A DNA stretch of 64,000 nucleotides from Lytechinus pictus. Lineage: Eukaryota. Location of the stretch: NCBI RefSeq assembly GCF_037042905.1, contig NC_087251.1, positions 49,539,358 through 49,603,357 on the forward strand. Direction: 5' to 3'. Shown piece after piece: positions 37,543 through 51,533 of this stretch (position 1 is its first letter; every line of letters starts with the position of its first letter). The notes under the pieces were generated by a model, which did no database searches, was not told the origin of the DNA, and was given only the letters and a program-made list of their open reading frames with translations. Position numbers and translations under genes: made by a program.

Positions 37543-39905
37543 TAGGGCTGTTATTGTTAAGAAAATTCTCTGTTGATATATCACTATAAATATCTTACCC
37601 ATATCGATAACTATCGACAAAAGAACATAATCAATACGCATATTTACGCATTATAGCGACAAAATAGTCGCGTTGGTCAAAATTTGTATCTGCAACGGTA
37701 CCAAGAATGATTTAAAATCCGCTTTCTTTGGATGTAAACGATTGCATAACATCTTTTAACAAACATTCAGCATAAATACATCCTCACCTTTCACGTTATT
37801 AGCATTACTTTAGGGTTGGATGAAGTTTTATCAATAATTTTGGGTTTTTTGGACATCATTCTGAGCAGTCAACGTCTTTCGCCTATCCGCCATTTTGATA
37901 TCATGCTGTACTTCTTCAACGTAGAGGGCAGCAACACACGGCCTTGTGTTGCCTCGGCCGTGAACTGGCAGAACTATGTATCTCCTTTTACGCGATTCCG
38001 AGATATTCGAGCTTAAAAATTCAAAATTGCTTCTTCAGCTTTCTTTGAAAAAATGGAGAATGGTGTATCAGACTTTTTTGTTTTCCTTTGTCCTGTGGAA
38101 CATATATAAGGAATTGGGACCCAAAAAATATTTGATTTCCTCATTAAATCTTGTAATTTTCTTCAATTTTCAAAACTTACGAGCTTTCACCTGAGTAAAT
38201 CTACGACTACACTCCTAGCTTTTGATCAGGCAAAACTATGTATATCCTGCGCATTTCAAAGTGCATCTGGCAAAACTATGTATGTCCTCCGCATTGCAAA
38301 GTTTTATCGGGCAAAACTATGTATAATGGCTCGTATTACCAGGGAGCCCCTGGTATTAACAAACACTTATGAGTTCAATATCAAACAAAACATTCTAATA
38401 AAATGCATAAAACTTTCACCAAAAATACACAAATACCTACAAAATATAAACATGTAGAAAATTTGCCGAATTCGTTTGTCTTTTTTTACAATATCAGCTT
38501 CCAATCGCACCCCACTTCGCATGTGAAATATTTTGGTCACTTGAAAATGTTATTGGTTACCGCATGTATGTTTTCGGTGGGAAAACTTGAGACTGAAACA
38601 ACAAAATCAGTCTATCAGTAGTAGATCTACCATGTTATAGATCTTACAGTAAAATTATAGCTAAGTTGGATCGCTATCATGTCATTTATTATGAAGACTT
38701 TGTGTAAAGTTGAGTTAACTTGTACGTGTATTTGTTTCAGATTGCTAATTCTAAAAGTTAATTTTGACGCCAACTAATTTTTTGCAGAAGTTTCCCTTTG
38801 GAAGGTATGGTACAATGGCGACTAATTCTACTTACAGTGTAGATCTAGAGTCTAGATTTAATTTGATGCATAGATCTATAAAAATATAGTTTATAAACCT
38901 TAATACTCTAGGCCTACCTTAAAGTTTAGAGATGATGATCGGTGTTAGACCTCTAACAAGTAACGCATGATCTAAATTAGATCTAGTCTTTGATAAAATC
39001 TCATGTTCATCATCTGAACAATAAAGTATACTAGAGACAGTCTAGCTTACCTTGTTTCAGTTGGGAAATTTTGATTTTCTCTAAAGCTAAATTCAAATCC
39101 ATTTCCCTCTCCAGGCTCTCGAATTTGAAGCCATGGCACCACTGTGACTGTGAGAAGTTTAAATGGCGGTTCCTTATTGCGCTAAGCAACATGCAGTAAA
39201 CTAGCTAGCTGCACTTGATGCGGTTCTCTCGACCGTTACTGACAATACAGAAATGTGGGAGATACATAATTTTGCCTGATTAATTAACTTCTACTTTCGA
39301 AGCTATTGTTCTAATAAAACTATGTAAGCAGACATACGTACATGTAGGTTTGCCTTTTCATTATCGTCAAAAATGGAAAAACTACTTTTGTGAGTCGACT
39401 TACGTAGTTCTGCCTTTTAAATTTTCAGATTTTTTAGACAATTTTATAAAAACTGGTTTTCGAATCTAAAAAAATGGTTAGAGTTAGAACTTGAAATATT
39501 GCCAGATGAAAGAGCATATTCAAAACTCTAAGAAACAGAAAAGCACCAAAAAATGACTTTCACGGTTTTGCCTGATCACGGCTGTGTTGGTACTTTGCTA
39601 AAATTGAGCTTGTGCTTGTGAATGTTTTCGATATACGATCGAATGGAGTGGAGTGCAGTCACCATGTTTGGATAGCGAAGTGAGATCGTGTTTCGTGGCT
39701 AGTAAATATTCGTATTTTGTTGATATTTTGGAGTAATTTCTGATGCTGTTCTGTGCATTTTGCGGAAAAATACGTTATCCGTGTTTTTCCGTCTGAAAAG
39801 CCACTTTCAAAAGGCTGTTTCCGTGAAATCGCGGAAAATCACTGTCATGTCCCTACATAATAGCGGGTATTATCGACGAGAGAAAGGTTATCAATAACTG
39901 CCCTA
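37543..39905. mobile_element. hAT-type non-autonomous element (2.36 kb) containing a nested TIR element (~37956-39582)
   Basis: TIRs TAGGGCTGTTATTG / CAATAACTGCCCTA with a perfect 8-bp TSD TAATGAAG; the nested element has repeated GGCAAAACTATGTA motifs. Confidence 0.88.
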
Positions 39906-40036
39906 TAATGAAGATATTGTTGAACAGTTGTATCTTGAATTGGAAATTCATTTCCTCTTATTTGACATCTTCATGATATGAGTACTGGTATGAATTTATT
40001 GGATAAGTTGTTCAATTTTCGTTATTGTATTTGCAG

Positions 40037-40148
40037 TGAACCGAGAACTGATGAAGACCAAAATGTTTGAGACCATGTCAGTACAAGTAGATGAAGATGA
40101 ACACAGTATAGAGATGCATCTACCATACATAGCAAAGGTCATGGAGAG
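40037..40148 (+). CDS. MEMO1: MEMO1 coding exon 5 ([37 protein letters not shown])
   Basis: TTGCAG acceptor and GTAAC donor; [13 protein letters not shown] signature. Confidence 0.98.
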
Positions 40149-40215
40149 GTAACACTTTACTTTTAATCCCAGGATGCTGTAGGCATGTGTACCTACTCAA
40201 TGAGTATATACCCTC

Positions 40216-41245
40216 TTTTGTCTCGCCTGCATAGCAGAGCGAGACTATAGGTGCCACTTTTCGGACGGAGGCGATGGCGGCGGCAGCGTCTTCAACATTG
40301 AAATCTTAACCAAGGTTAAGTTTTTGAAATGTCATCATAACTTAAAAAAATTATATGGACCTAGTTCATGAAGCTTGGACATAAGGGTAATCAAGTATTA
40401 CTGAACATCCTGCTTGAGTTTCAGGTGACATGACCAAGGTCAAAGGTCATTTAGCATCAATGAACTTAGACCATGTTGGGGGAATGAATATCGAAATCTT
40501 AACCAAGTTTAAGTTTTTGAAATGTTGTCATAACTTGGAAATTATATGGACCTAGTTCATAAAACGTAGGAATAAGGGTCATAGTGTATCACTGAAGAAA
40601 CTACCTGAGTTTCAGGTCACATGATTAAGGTCAAAGGTCACTTAGGGTCAATGAACTTAGGCCATGATGGGGGGTATTTGAGAAAATGTCATCATAACTT
40701 TAAAAGTTTATTGATCTAGTTCATGAAACTTAGACTTAAAAGCAACCATGTATCCCTGAATATCATGTGCGAGTTTCAGGTCACATGGCCAAGGTTAAAG
40801 GTCATTTAGGGTCAACAAACTTTGGTAATGTTGGGGGTATTTGTGGAATTGTCATCATAAATTTAAGAGTTCATGGATCTCGTTAATGAAACTTGGACAT
40901 AAGAGCAGCAATGTATCCCTGAATACCCTGTGCGTGTTTCAGGAACATGTTCAAGATCAAAGGTCATTTATAGGTCAATGAACTCTGGCTGTGTTGGGAG
41001 TATGTGTTGAATTGGCATCATAACTTAGAAAGTTTGATGTAGCTCATGAAACATCGATATAAGGGTAATCAAGTATGAATGATTGTTTTGCACGTCTTAG
41101 GTCACATGATCATGGTCAAAGGGCATTTTGTGTCAATGGACATATTTTATTATCATAATAGTGTTTTCTTCTGTGAATAATTATTCATTATCTGTTATCA
41201 AAGGCAGCACTGCTGCTGTATCGAATTGCGTAATACAGGCGAGAG
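40216..41245 (+). mobile_element. HINE-like element with tandem repeats
   Basis: GTCTCGCCTGCA head, (GGC)n, ~160-185-bp repeats and CAGGCGAGA tail. Confidence 0.8.
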
Positions 41246-41648
41246 TGCCAGAGGCGTCCACTGTTTTTGGTGGTAGTGTGCTACCCAAGAATCTAACATT
41301 CAACTTTAATATGATGTGATGGTGCGCTTAATCCGCCAGGTTAGGCAGCAGGTCACTGCCTGCTCACTATCATGCCGTTCCATGTTGTAGACTGATAATT
41401 AAATAAAAAGTCTCTTCATCAATGGACGAACATGAACTTATTCTTCTTATTGATGAGAACTATGGTCATATCCAGACAATCAAATAATACTCAAACCTGG
41501 CCGTTTTACTAATCTAACCCATAAGGCAACATTTTGAACAGTCAGTGTTGTCTTGTTATTCATGCTCAATTCAGTGACGACACTACTCAATGTATTCATA
41601 AAGAATGTTACATGTATATAACTTCTCTCTCTCTCTTTCTCTCTGCAG

Positions 41649-41791
41649 GAGAAGGGGTAATTTCACCATAGTGCCAGTGCTTGTTGGCGCTTTAGATGGT
41701 AAAAAGGAACAGGAATATGGTCATTTTTTTAGTTCTTACCTTGCTGATCCTAGCAATCTTTTCGTAGTTTCTTCAGATTTTTGCCATTGGG
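41649..41791 (+). CDS. MEMO1: MEMO1 coding exon 6 ([47 protein letters not shown])
   Basis: (CT)n-CAG acceptor and GTGAGT donor; SSDFCHWG signature. Confidence 0.98.
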
Positions 41792-41910
41792 GTGAGTTTT
41801 TATTCAATTTCAATTCAATTCATTTCATTTTGCTTATATGTAAGAAAAGTTCCTCAGGAAATTATTTGCGGACTTGACGGTGTGTAATTACGTAACTTGT
41901 CTTTATTTAA

Positions 41911-43648
41911 CCCTAAATCTCCCGGGGTATTTTGATTCTTGTCATTCCGGGGGGGGGGGGGGGGGGGGCATTATGCCCCCCCCCCCTAAGATCTCAGCCG
42001 TGGATTGCGCGATCACAACAAAAATTTGCATGATGGTAGAAAATGACGTGATCTACACAATTGCATTGGTAAATTTCACTGAATTCATATATTTTTATTT
42101 TATATGAATTAATTATGCTAATTTATTTGTGAAATCATACTTTTTTCTCTGATTCACTAAATAAAGCTCCTAGAATGCTATTTTTTGGTGAAAATATTCT
42201 CTATAGCATTCCTAACAATTGTGAATGGAAAAAATTCTGGTACCAAGACCGATTTCTTATGTATTTTTTTTTTTTTAATTTCAGATTTTTGTATCGTTTT
42301 TACCCAATCAAACTAGTGCCACACAAGCCCTGTGTAATCTTGAAAGATGCATAATGGACATTGACACTTGGTTGAAGAAAAAACTCGTTACTTTTGAACC
42401 ATAGTAAATGTGAGTTTTTAGTTTTTGGCTCAAAGTTTCAACTTGACAAATTCAACATAGATTCCATTTCTATCTCAGGTAATGATATCCCCTTGTCAAA
42501 ATCATGTCGCAATCTTAGAGATATTTTTGATTCTCACATGTCCATGTCTAACCAGATTACAAACATTTGCAGATCAGTTCGTTATCAGTTGCGCAATATT
42601 GGCTTCATAAGAAAATATCTCACTCGCTGAGCAACAGAGAAACTGGTACATTCACTCATTTCTTCACGATTTGATTTTGGTAATAGCCTCCTTCACAACT
42701 TACCTGATTCTCAACTTGGAAAATTGCAAAGGTTGCAAAATGCAGCTGCACGTATTGTAACTCTATCTAGCAAGCGCAGCCACATCACCCCAATATTGAA
42801 AACTCTTCACTGGTTGCCCCTGAATGAACGCATAGTCTTTAAAATCCTTCTTTTGATTTTTCATATAGTCAATGGAACTTCTCCCAGTTACAATAGGTCT
42901 TTGATGCATAATTACCAACCCTCAAGAAATTTACGATCCTCATCATCTAATCTCTCCAAATTCCAGTTGCTAAGAAATCATGCGGGGAACGGGCCTTTTG
43001 CTCATGCAGGGCCTAGCCTGTGGAATTCTCTCCCACACAGTGTGAAAACCCAGACTTGAGTGACCACCTTCAAGGGCAACCTGAAAACATACCTGTATAA
43101 GAGTGTTTTTTGATAGACATTGACTTATTGTTCAGACATGTATTATATGTAAATAGTTTTTGTTGTTCTGCTCTGAAGCGCCTTGAGCATCTAATCAAGA
43201 TGGAAAGTGCGCTATACAAATCTCATGTATTATTATTATTTCTTATGTATTTCTTTGTTTTTTTACTTTTTGTTTTTTTATTGTTTTTTTCGATGGAAAT
43301 CGTTCCAGACTTAATTATGATCATAAACAAGGCAAAATTAATTAAGTTTAATCAGTAAAAGTAGAAATGATACATTTATGAATTTTGGCTAAATACACAA
43401 TTTGCATTGGATTTGTACATGAAATCACGTTTATGAGCATTTTTTGGTCTGACATGCACTTACATAATGTTGCGTAATGTCGTAACCGCGTACCCGGGCG
43501 TCACAAATTTGGTCTCAAAATTTGCGCGAGACTTGAAAGTATAAAGTCAGTGAGCGGAGAGGTCAAAAAAATTTGCGCAGCAGATATATCGCGAAAATTG
43601 TCGAGGGGGGGGGGGCCATTATGGCCTTTCCCCTCGGGAGAATTTGGG
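41911..43648. mobile_element. piggyBac-like non-autonomous element
   Basis: TTAA|CCCTAAATCTCCCGGGG...CCCTCGGGAGAATTTGGG|TTAA. Confidence 0.8.
42283..43240 (+). mobile_element. 5'-truncated L2-type LINE inserted in the piggyBac-like element
   Basis: LNHSKCEFLVFGS, LQRLQNAAARIV, HITPILKTLHWLP and LWNSLP motifs; tail GCGCTATACAAAT..(TAT)n. Confidence 0.9.
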
Positions 43649-44005
43649 TTAAGAAGTTATTATTTTTTTTAGATGTACATGTACATGAGCAATTAAAACA
43701 TAAATTTCAATTGATAATGTTCAGATATAATGAATCATTGAAATGATAATAGGTTTTTATTAGCGTATTTTAGTTTGTCTCTTGGAATACAGATGAATTG
43801 AAAAAATGAAACATGAATTTGAAATAAAGCTGCATACTCCGGTCCTTTTATTCTACCTCTTCATCTTATTATATTTGGATTTAATACTATTGGGTTTTTT
43901 TCATGAAGTGTTATCTGAAATTGATCATAGCTATGATTGCAAAGTTAAACATATAGAAGTGTACTTGTGCCATGTACAAATTATCCATTCTGTCCCTGTT
44001 GCTTT

Positions 44006-44549
44006 TGTTACGATACTCCAACAAATAACAATGAAAATTTAGTTTTAAATTTGATTTCCTTTTTTTTTTATTACAGGAAATTAAATGTTGAAGAAGATAA
44101 ATGTTGTATTCCAGTTGGAAATAAGCTATGCTCTGACATAAAGTCTGGTGTGAAACTCTGAGTTCTGATCTGATATGATGTCCTTGAAGGAACTACCAGC
44201 TTATATATATAAATATTCACTCTTCTGGGTGCTTCTAGTATTGTCTTTAAAAAGAACATTATCCTTCTTTCTAGAATAGTCCACTTCTAGAAGACTCTTG
44301 AATGACCTCAGTGAAATTAACAATGTAAACAACATAGCTAATCATATTGTCCTTTTCACTACCTCTAGGTTATTGTCTACATTCCATAAATAACAAAGAT
44401 TACTCAGCCTATTAAATAGACATGCCTAACAAAGCTTAACTGAGACATTTTGGAATATTCTTAATAATTATATGCTATGAATATCCTTAAAGAGGAAATA
44501 ACTAAATAAATGAATGTAATTGCTCTTACAATTCTACTTATATATAACA
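44006..44549 (-). repeat. Putative 3' LTR of the gypsy element
   Basis: Minus strand: polypurine tract GGTGGGGAAGG (44550-44560) directly before TGTTAT; distal end GTAACA; AATAAA ~60 nt before the end. No second LTR to confirm. Confidence 0.6.
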
Positions 44550-47500
44550 CCTTCCCCACCAGGAAAAAGAAAGCTTTACCGTAGTTAAAGGTTTCTTTAA
44601 GATTACTTTTTTTTCTTTAACTTTTCAAAGTCATCTTGAAAAATCATCTACAATATTGTGTACAAAGGTATAGTACTAACAAACATGTTTAAATGAATGT
44701 ACATCAAACACGTTTTCTTCAAATGACACACTTGGTCAAAAGCATGAATCATTTCAATTTTATACTCTTGAAAGAGCATCAGCAATTACATTATTCTTTC
44801 CTTTTATGTGTACAATTTTCATTGGGAATGGTTGGAGCATAAGGCTCCATCTATACAGTCGTTGATTCTTTGTTCTGAATTTCTCCAAAAACACAAGAGG
44901 ATTGTGGTCTGTATAGACTGTAATCTCTCCATTGGTTAGATACACCTCGAACTGCTGAAGGGCTAGTACCAGACTCAGGGCCTGTTTTTCAATAGTTGAG
45001 TACTTCTTCTGAAACCGACTGAGTTTCTTAGAGAAGTAGCACACTGGTTTTTCGATGCCTTCTTCATCTTCTTGGAGCAATACTGCTCCTACTCCAACAT
45101 CACATGCATCAATTGCTACTTTGAACGGCTTTGTGAAGTTTGGAGCTGCCAAAACAGGCTCATTCACCAAAATGGCCTTTAATTTCTCAAATGATCTCTG
45201 ACATTCGTCAGACCAAACATACTTCACTTTTGCCTTCAGCAGGTTTGTCAGAGGACTAACCACTGTACTGTAATTTGGAACAAATTTCCTGTAGAAGCCA
45301 CTCATACCTAAGAATCTGAGCAATTCTTTCTTAGTTGTGGGAATTGGGAAGTCTAAGATAGCTTGTATCTTGGCTTCTCTTGGTAGCACTTGTCCTTGAC
45401 CAACCACATGACCGAGATATGTGACCTTTGCCTTGGCAAATTCACTCTTCATCAGATTCACTACTAGGTTGGCTTTATCCAGCCTGTCAAACAGTGCTCT
45501 CAAATGATCCAAATGATCATTCCAAGTATCACTGTACACTAGGATGTCATCTATGTATACGACACAATTGTCAAGACCAGCAATCACTTGATTTGTTAAC
45601 CTTTGGAAGATTGCTGGTGCATTTTTCATTCCAAAAGGCATGACTTTGCATTGAAATAAGCCTTCAGGTGTAACAAAGGCTGATATCTCTTTGGCTCGGT
45701 CAGTCAGTGGCACTTGCCAATATCCTTTAAGCAAGTCTATCTTTGTGATATAGGCAGAATTTCCAACTCTATCAATACAACCTAGGAATTGGATACGAGT
45801 CAGTCTTACTTACTGCATTTACCTTTTGGTAATCAATGCAAAATCTCTGAGAGCCGTCTGGCTTTGGAGTTTGGAACCATTACAATAGGGGAACTCCAAC
45901 TACTCTGACTCGGTTCGATTATGTTATTATCTAACAAACTGTATTCCCTTATTCACCATTTCCAACTTGCTTGGATTGAGCCTATAAGGATCCTGTTTTA
46001 TACGTCTTACATTGCCTACGTCTACATCATGTACAGTTAAAGGTGTACGACCTGGTTTGTCTTTACACACATTCTCATATTCTCTTAACAGGCCAGATAT
46101 ATAATTTCTCTGATCTTAGATACATCTGTATAAGACAATTTATTATCTGTCTTTCCATAGTATTCATCTCTATGTACATCTACAATGTACATGTTTCAAG
46201 ATTGTCTTCTTTGACCTGTGTTGTACCTTTTGGCTGACTAGCCTCTCGCTCAAAGTATTCTTTCAACATGTTTACATGACAAACTCTTTGAGACTTTCTT
46301 CGAACAGGGGGTACTGATCACATAGTTGACATCATTCAATTTCTTTTTTTACTATGTAGCCCTGGACCACTAAACCTAGCTTTCAAGGGCTCACCTTGCA
46401 AAGGCAACAATACTAACACTATGTCTCCAGGCTTGAAACTTCGCTCTTTTGCATTTTTGTCAGCTTGAGCTTTCATTATTCCCTGGGACACTTAAGTGTT
46501 CCTTAGCCACATCACAAGCTTTTGAGAGCCTTTCTCTAAACTTTGATACATAGTCTAGAAGGTTTTCATCATCATCCTGAACCATAAACCTCTCCTTGAT
46601 AAGCTTTAGGGGGCCCCTAACCTCATGACCATAGACCAATTCAAATAGACTGAAACCTGTGGACTCATTAGGGGAATCCCTAGTTGCAAACAGTAGGAAT
46701 GAGATCCCTTTATCCCAGTCATAGGGATAGTCTTCACAATAAGCCCTAATCATGGTCTTCAGGGTCTGATGATAGCATTCTAACGCTTTTTGGGACTGTG
46801 GGTGATAAGCAGAGGACTTGATCTGCTTTATTCCCAACTCCATAACTTGCTGAAATATTCCTGACATGAAATTTGACCCTTGGTCACACTGAATTTCCTT
46901 AGGCAGACCATACCGAGTGAAAAACTGCACTAACGCTTGTACCACTGTTTTTGCAGTGATACTCCTCAAGGGTATCGCCTCTGGAAAACGTGTAGACAAG
47001 TCCATAATTGTCAGGAGAAATCTGTGACCCGACCACTTTCTGGGTAAGGGTCCAAAACAATCAAGAACCCTAGTAAAAGGTTCATCAAATGCAGGAATGG
47101 GTATCAATGAAGCAGGCTTGATAACTAGAAGGCTGTGCCTTACCAATAATCTGACATGTATGACATGTCTTACAGAAATGCACCACATCCTTGTGCATCT
47201 TAGGCCAATAGAAATGCCTCATAATTCTATCTTCTGTCTTCGAATGCCGACATAACCTGCCCTACTACCTAGGTAGCTCATGAGCCATTTTTAGAATCTC
47301 TGTGCGATAACAGGGAGGAACTACTACCTGGTGGATTATACACCAATCTTCATCAGCTGGTCTCCGGGGAGGTCTCCACTTCCTGATCAAAATGTCATCT
47401 TTGACATAAAAGCACTCAGGAACCTTATCAGCCTCAGGACATGCTTTCTGTGACAAGCTTTTCAATTCTGGTTCTGCCTGTTGTGCCTGTACAAGGGAGG

Positions 47501-47654
47501 ATTTACTAAACAAACTATCATTGTTAGCAACAGAGCCTTCAACACTATCCCCATTCAAATCCTTGAAAAAGGTTTCAGCTAACCAGACATCAGCACTCTC
47601 CTCTACATCAGCAGAATCCGCATCATCCTTGTCAGCTCTACGAGTTTGAGACCT

Positions 47655-47880
47655 GGGAGGCGCGATAGCTCAGTCGGTAGATCGGGGGTTTCGGATTCCG
47701 GTGACCCGGGTTCGATTCCCAAGTGGTGCGCTAGTGCCCTTTGGTAAGGCATTTATCCACATTACCAGGTCCCTCGGAGAGGACCTTAAGCCGTCGGTCC
47801 CCTGGTTGCTTGCTCACAGGCATTCGTGCTTTCTTAGCAGTCAGGTAAAAAAAAACCTTGGTATAACATAAGCTTTTCCT
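47655..47880 (+). mobile_element. tRNA-derived SINE (family 2) inserted in the gypsy pol
   Basis: A box TAGCTCAGTCGG and B box GGTTCGATTCC; flanked by an ACCT duplication whose removal restores pol ..CVVTRSQT.. Confidence 0.9.
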
Positions 47881-49574
47881 ACCTAGTAACAACACAATAC
47901 GGGAAAATCCCTGGAAAATTTTCTTGCAACAATTCAGTTTCAGCTACCTCAACCGGCTTCTCCGAAACCACTGGAGATGCAACAACTCTATCTCCAGCCA
48001 AGTCGTTACCTAACAAGAAATCAACACCTTCCGTGGGTAATTCTGGGACGACACCAACATTCACAGGACCACTAACTAGGTCACACCTTAAGTCAACCTT
48101 ATGCAAAGGAACCGACATGAAATTTGGGCCAATACCTTGAATTAAGACTGGCATTCTCTGAACTCTCCGGAGGAAGAGCCAAATCCCCTTGCACCATCAG
48201 GGACTGTGCAGCCCCTGTATCCCTAAGGATCACCACTGACCTACCAGCAGCACCAGTCGAACAAGGGGATACTTCACCATCATACAAAAAGCTTCTAAAG
48301 CTTTCATCAACCTGCTTGACTTTATCAGCAAATACCAAAGAAACACTCTCAACATCTTGAATGGGCTCTGATGGGACAAACTCCATCGAGGGAACACTTG
48401 TTTGCTTGACAAAACCCATGTCTCTTAGTTTTGGTTGGCATTCCAACTTATTTCTAACGTGATTCTTTCGAATGTCCTGATTTATGACAATGAGTACAAA
48501 TTTTAGAACTACGACTCTCAGACCTTTTGGTTGATTCTGTGCCCCCACAAGCCTGATTCTTGTTAGTGTCATTGTCCTTGCTAGCATATTTTCCCTCACC
48601 AGGTTTATTGTGGGATTTAAATGACCCTTTACCTTTCTTTTTCCAATAATTCTTGAAAGGAGGCCTATCTCCACTACCCTTATGTGTGACCTCAAATTTA
48701 TCAGCTACTATGGCTGCTTTGCTGACTTCAGTAACTCTATGGTCATCTAAGTGAGATTTAATGCCAAAAGAAAGACTCTTTTTTAATTCTTCCAAGAGGA
48801 CAACTTCCCTAAGGTGAACAAAATCTTTGTCAACTTTCAATGGTCTGTACCACTTATCGAACATCATTTATTGTTCCCTAGCAAATTCAACATAAGTCTG
48901 GCCTGATTGTCTTTGCATGTTCCTAAATTTATGTCTGTACGCTTCTGGTACCAAGTTATATGCACTGAGAATTGTTTCTTTCACTGTAGCAGTCACATGA
49001 TTGCATTTCAGAGAGCGAAGAATAGACTTTCGCAGCCTTTCCAACAAAAATACTTTGGAGGAGAAGAGTCCAGTATTCTTCAGGCCAATTCAGTCTCTTG
49101 GCCACTTTTTCAAATGACACAAAATATGTATCAACCCCCTCTTCATTAAACTTTGGCACAAGGCGAATTTTTTTCGCCACAGCAAAGCCTTGGGGAGATT
49201 TATCTTAAACGGAGTTAGTATTAGCAATTGCATGAACTAACTCCATTTCTTTCATCTTTAACTGGTACTCCAATCTCATTTTCTCAATTTCAATGTTTTC
49301 TCTGATTCTTTCCTTTTCAAGCTCGATTTTCTCCTTTTCCAATTCAAATTTTTTCATTTGAATCTGAGCATCATCTGAAATATTGATAAAAGTTTCAGAC
49401 TCCTCTGTAAGCTTCATGTGACTAGCTAACAAGTCAAATATCTCTGCCTTCTTTAAACCTGGGGCTAGAGATACACCCAAATGATCACAAACTGTTATCA
49501 AATCATCTTTCTTCAGTGACATCAAGTGATCATATAGGAGTATGACAATATATGATCATTGACAATAGTGTACA

Positions 49575-51196
49575 ATATGACAGCTTTTGATACTGTGGAT
49601 CATACCATATTACTGAATCGCTTAAAATCACGATTTCACATATCTGGTCTAGCTCTTAAATGGTTAAAGTCTTACCTGACTGGTTGGTCATCTAGGGTAA
49701 GCATAGCCGGAGAGTTGTCTGACCCGCGGGTCACTAAGTTTGGGGTACCCAAAGGGTCAGTTCTCGGGCCGATTCTGTTTAGTTTGTATATCACTCCCAT
49801 CTCTGACATTATTAAAGGAGAATGAAACTCTTGGAGCAAGTTAGCTTTTGTGAAAGCAGAAAATCAAAGAATAAGATCAACCAAAGTTTGAGTAAAATAG
49901 GACTAGCAATAGAAGAGTTATGAGCATTTGAATGTCGAGATCACTAATGCTATGGAGATCCTCCCATTAGCAATGCGACCAAGATCTATGATGTCACAGA
50001 TGAACAACTCTCCCCTTTTGGACACTGAAAATATACCCCAAAACATCTCTTTTTGCTCATTCTAATCATATGACAAACGATTCATCAATGATATAATGTT
50101 GTGAAACCTCTGTACTTGTCCTCTCATAAAAAGAACACCTCACCTTGTGATAGATTCTATAAAAGTGAGAATATAAGTGAAATAAGTACTAAAGTAATGA
50201 GGGAGTTGTACGTGTGTGACATCACAGATCTTGGTCGCATTGCCAATGGGAGGATCTACATGGCATTAGTGATCTCAATATTCAAATGCTCATAACTTTC
50301 TTATTATTCATTCAATCTTAAACTTTCAACAATATGTTTCTTTGATTTTTCTCTTTCATATGGATTCAGCTGGTTTCAAGGGTTTCATTCTCCTTTAATA
50401 AACATGGTCTACAGTATATTTGTTATGCAGATGATATACAACTGTATTGTTCCTTTGACCCGCGCTCTTTTGAAAATATAAATGAAACACTTGAGAAAAC
50501 CTCTCTTTGTATTTCAGAAATTTGTAGGTGGATGTCATCTAATTATCTCCAGCTGAATAATAGCAAAACTGAATTCATAGCTCTCTGTTCTTCTCCCCGC
50601 CATCTGCAATCAATATCACTGCAATTACTGCAATAGTTTATTTACTGTTTTGTCAGCTAGGGATAGAAGAAAGCTTGAGGTTATTCAGAATCGTGCCGCT
50701 CGATAAATATTTGGCTTTTGATCCCGAACTCATACTACACCCCTACTTAAGGAACTCCACTGGCTACCTCTATTCCAACGTATTCAGTTTAAAGTCTATT
50801 TATATGTATACAAAACTCTAAATCAATTGGCACCTAAATATCTTAATAATACCATCAAATTATACACACCCTCTTGTAATCTTCGTTCAATCACTGACAC
50901 CTGCAGACTTTGCATTCCCTTGTCAAAACTCTCCTCTGCCGAAAAACATTTTGCTGTAGCAGCTGCCAAGACTTGGAATGCTATCCCTCTTTCAATAAGA
51001 AATGCTTCCAGTGTACTTGGCTTCAAATCTTCCCTTAAGACATACCTTTTTCCTCAATAATTAATTTTCCTTTTTATCTTGAATATTGTAGTTGTTAAAT
51101 TATTATTCATGTTAAATTATTATTCATACATTGTACGCGCTATGGTACTTTTTGTTTTTAGCGCCTCTAAATATCCATTATTATTATTATTATTAT
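49575..51196 (+). mobile_element. L2-type LINE RT fragment split by a MITE
   Basis: AFDTVDH and GVPKGSVLGPILF before the MITE; YADDIQLY, LHWLP, WNAIP and a (TAT)n tail after it. Confidence 0.9.
49816..50394. mobile_element. Kolobok/T2-like MITE (family C); partial relative at ~55590-56111
   Basis: TTAA|AGGAGAATGAAAC...GTTTCATTCTCCT|TTAA with ~90-bp internal inverted arms. Confidence 0.9.
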
Positions 51197-51533
51197 GACA
51201 ATTCTTTCATTGCAAGAAACTCTTCAACATCAAATGCAGCCATAGTGGAATATACAGAAATACAAGCAAGTAATAACACAGTATATTCTAGAACTTTCCA
51301 AAAATTTTCAAAATGTTTTCAATTCAAATTGTCTTTTGTTTCGAATTGGCTTTTGTTTCAAATTGGCTTTCGATTCCCAGACAAGCCACCAAAACTTGCA
51401 TTAACTGCAACGTCATAGATTTATGCTATGCAGTCTAACTTGCATTAGTAGATATATGTATAGAAGGACCACCTGTCTAGGAAAACCATGAGTTTGGTTT
51501 TCTTGTCTCCCTTGCACAGACCTTCTTCATGTG

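Larger units (their letters stand above)
44006..49530 (-). mobile_element. Gmr1-type Ty3/gypsy LTR retrotransposon (gag-PR-IN-RT-RNaseH), degraded, 5' LTR missing
   Basis: gag with CTHCHKSGH knuckle (48454-49525); protease LRDTGA (~48200); integrase HHCC and DDE core (~46250-47560); RT GYWQV/YIDD and RNase H DAC..TDH..ADALSR (44760-46000). Confidence 0.93.

Noticed and set aside
44760..45734. 324-aa RT/RNase H ORF as an active or domesticated gene
   Set aside because: Upstream pol and gag have many frameshifts and stops plus a SINE insertion, the 5' LTR is absent, and the ORF lacks the RT N-terminus.
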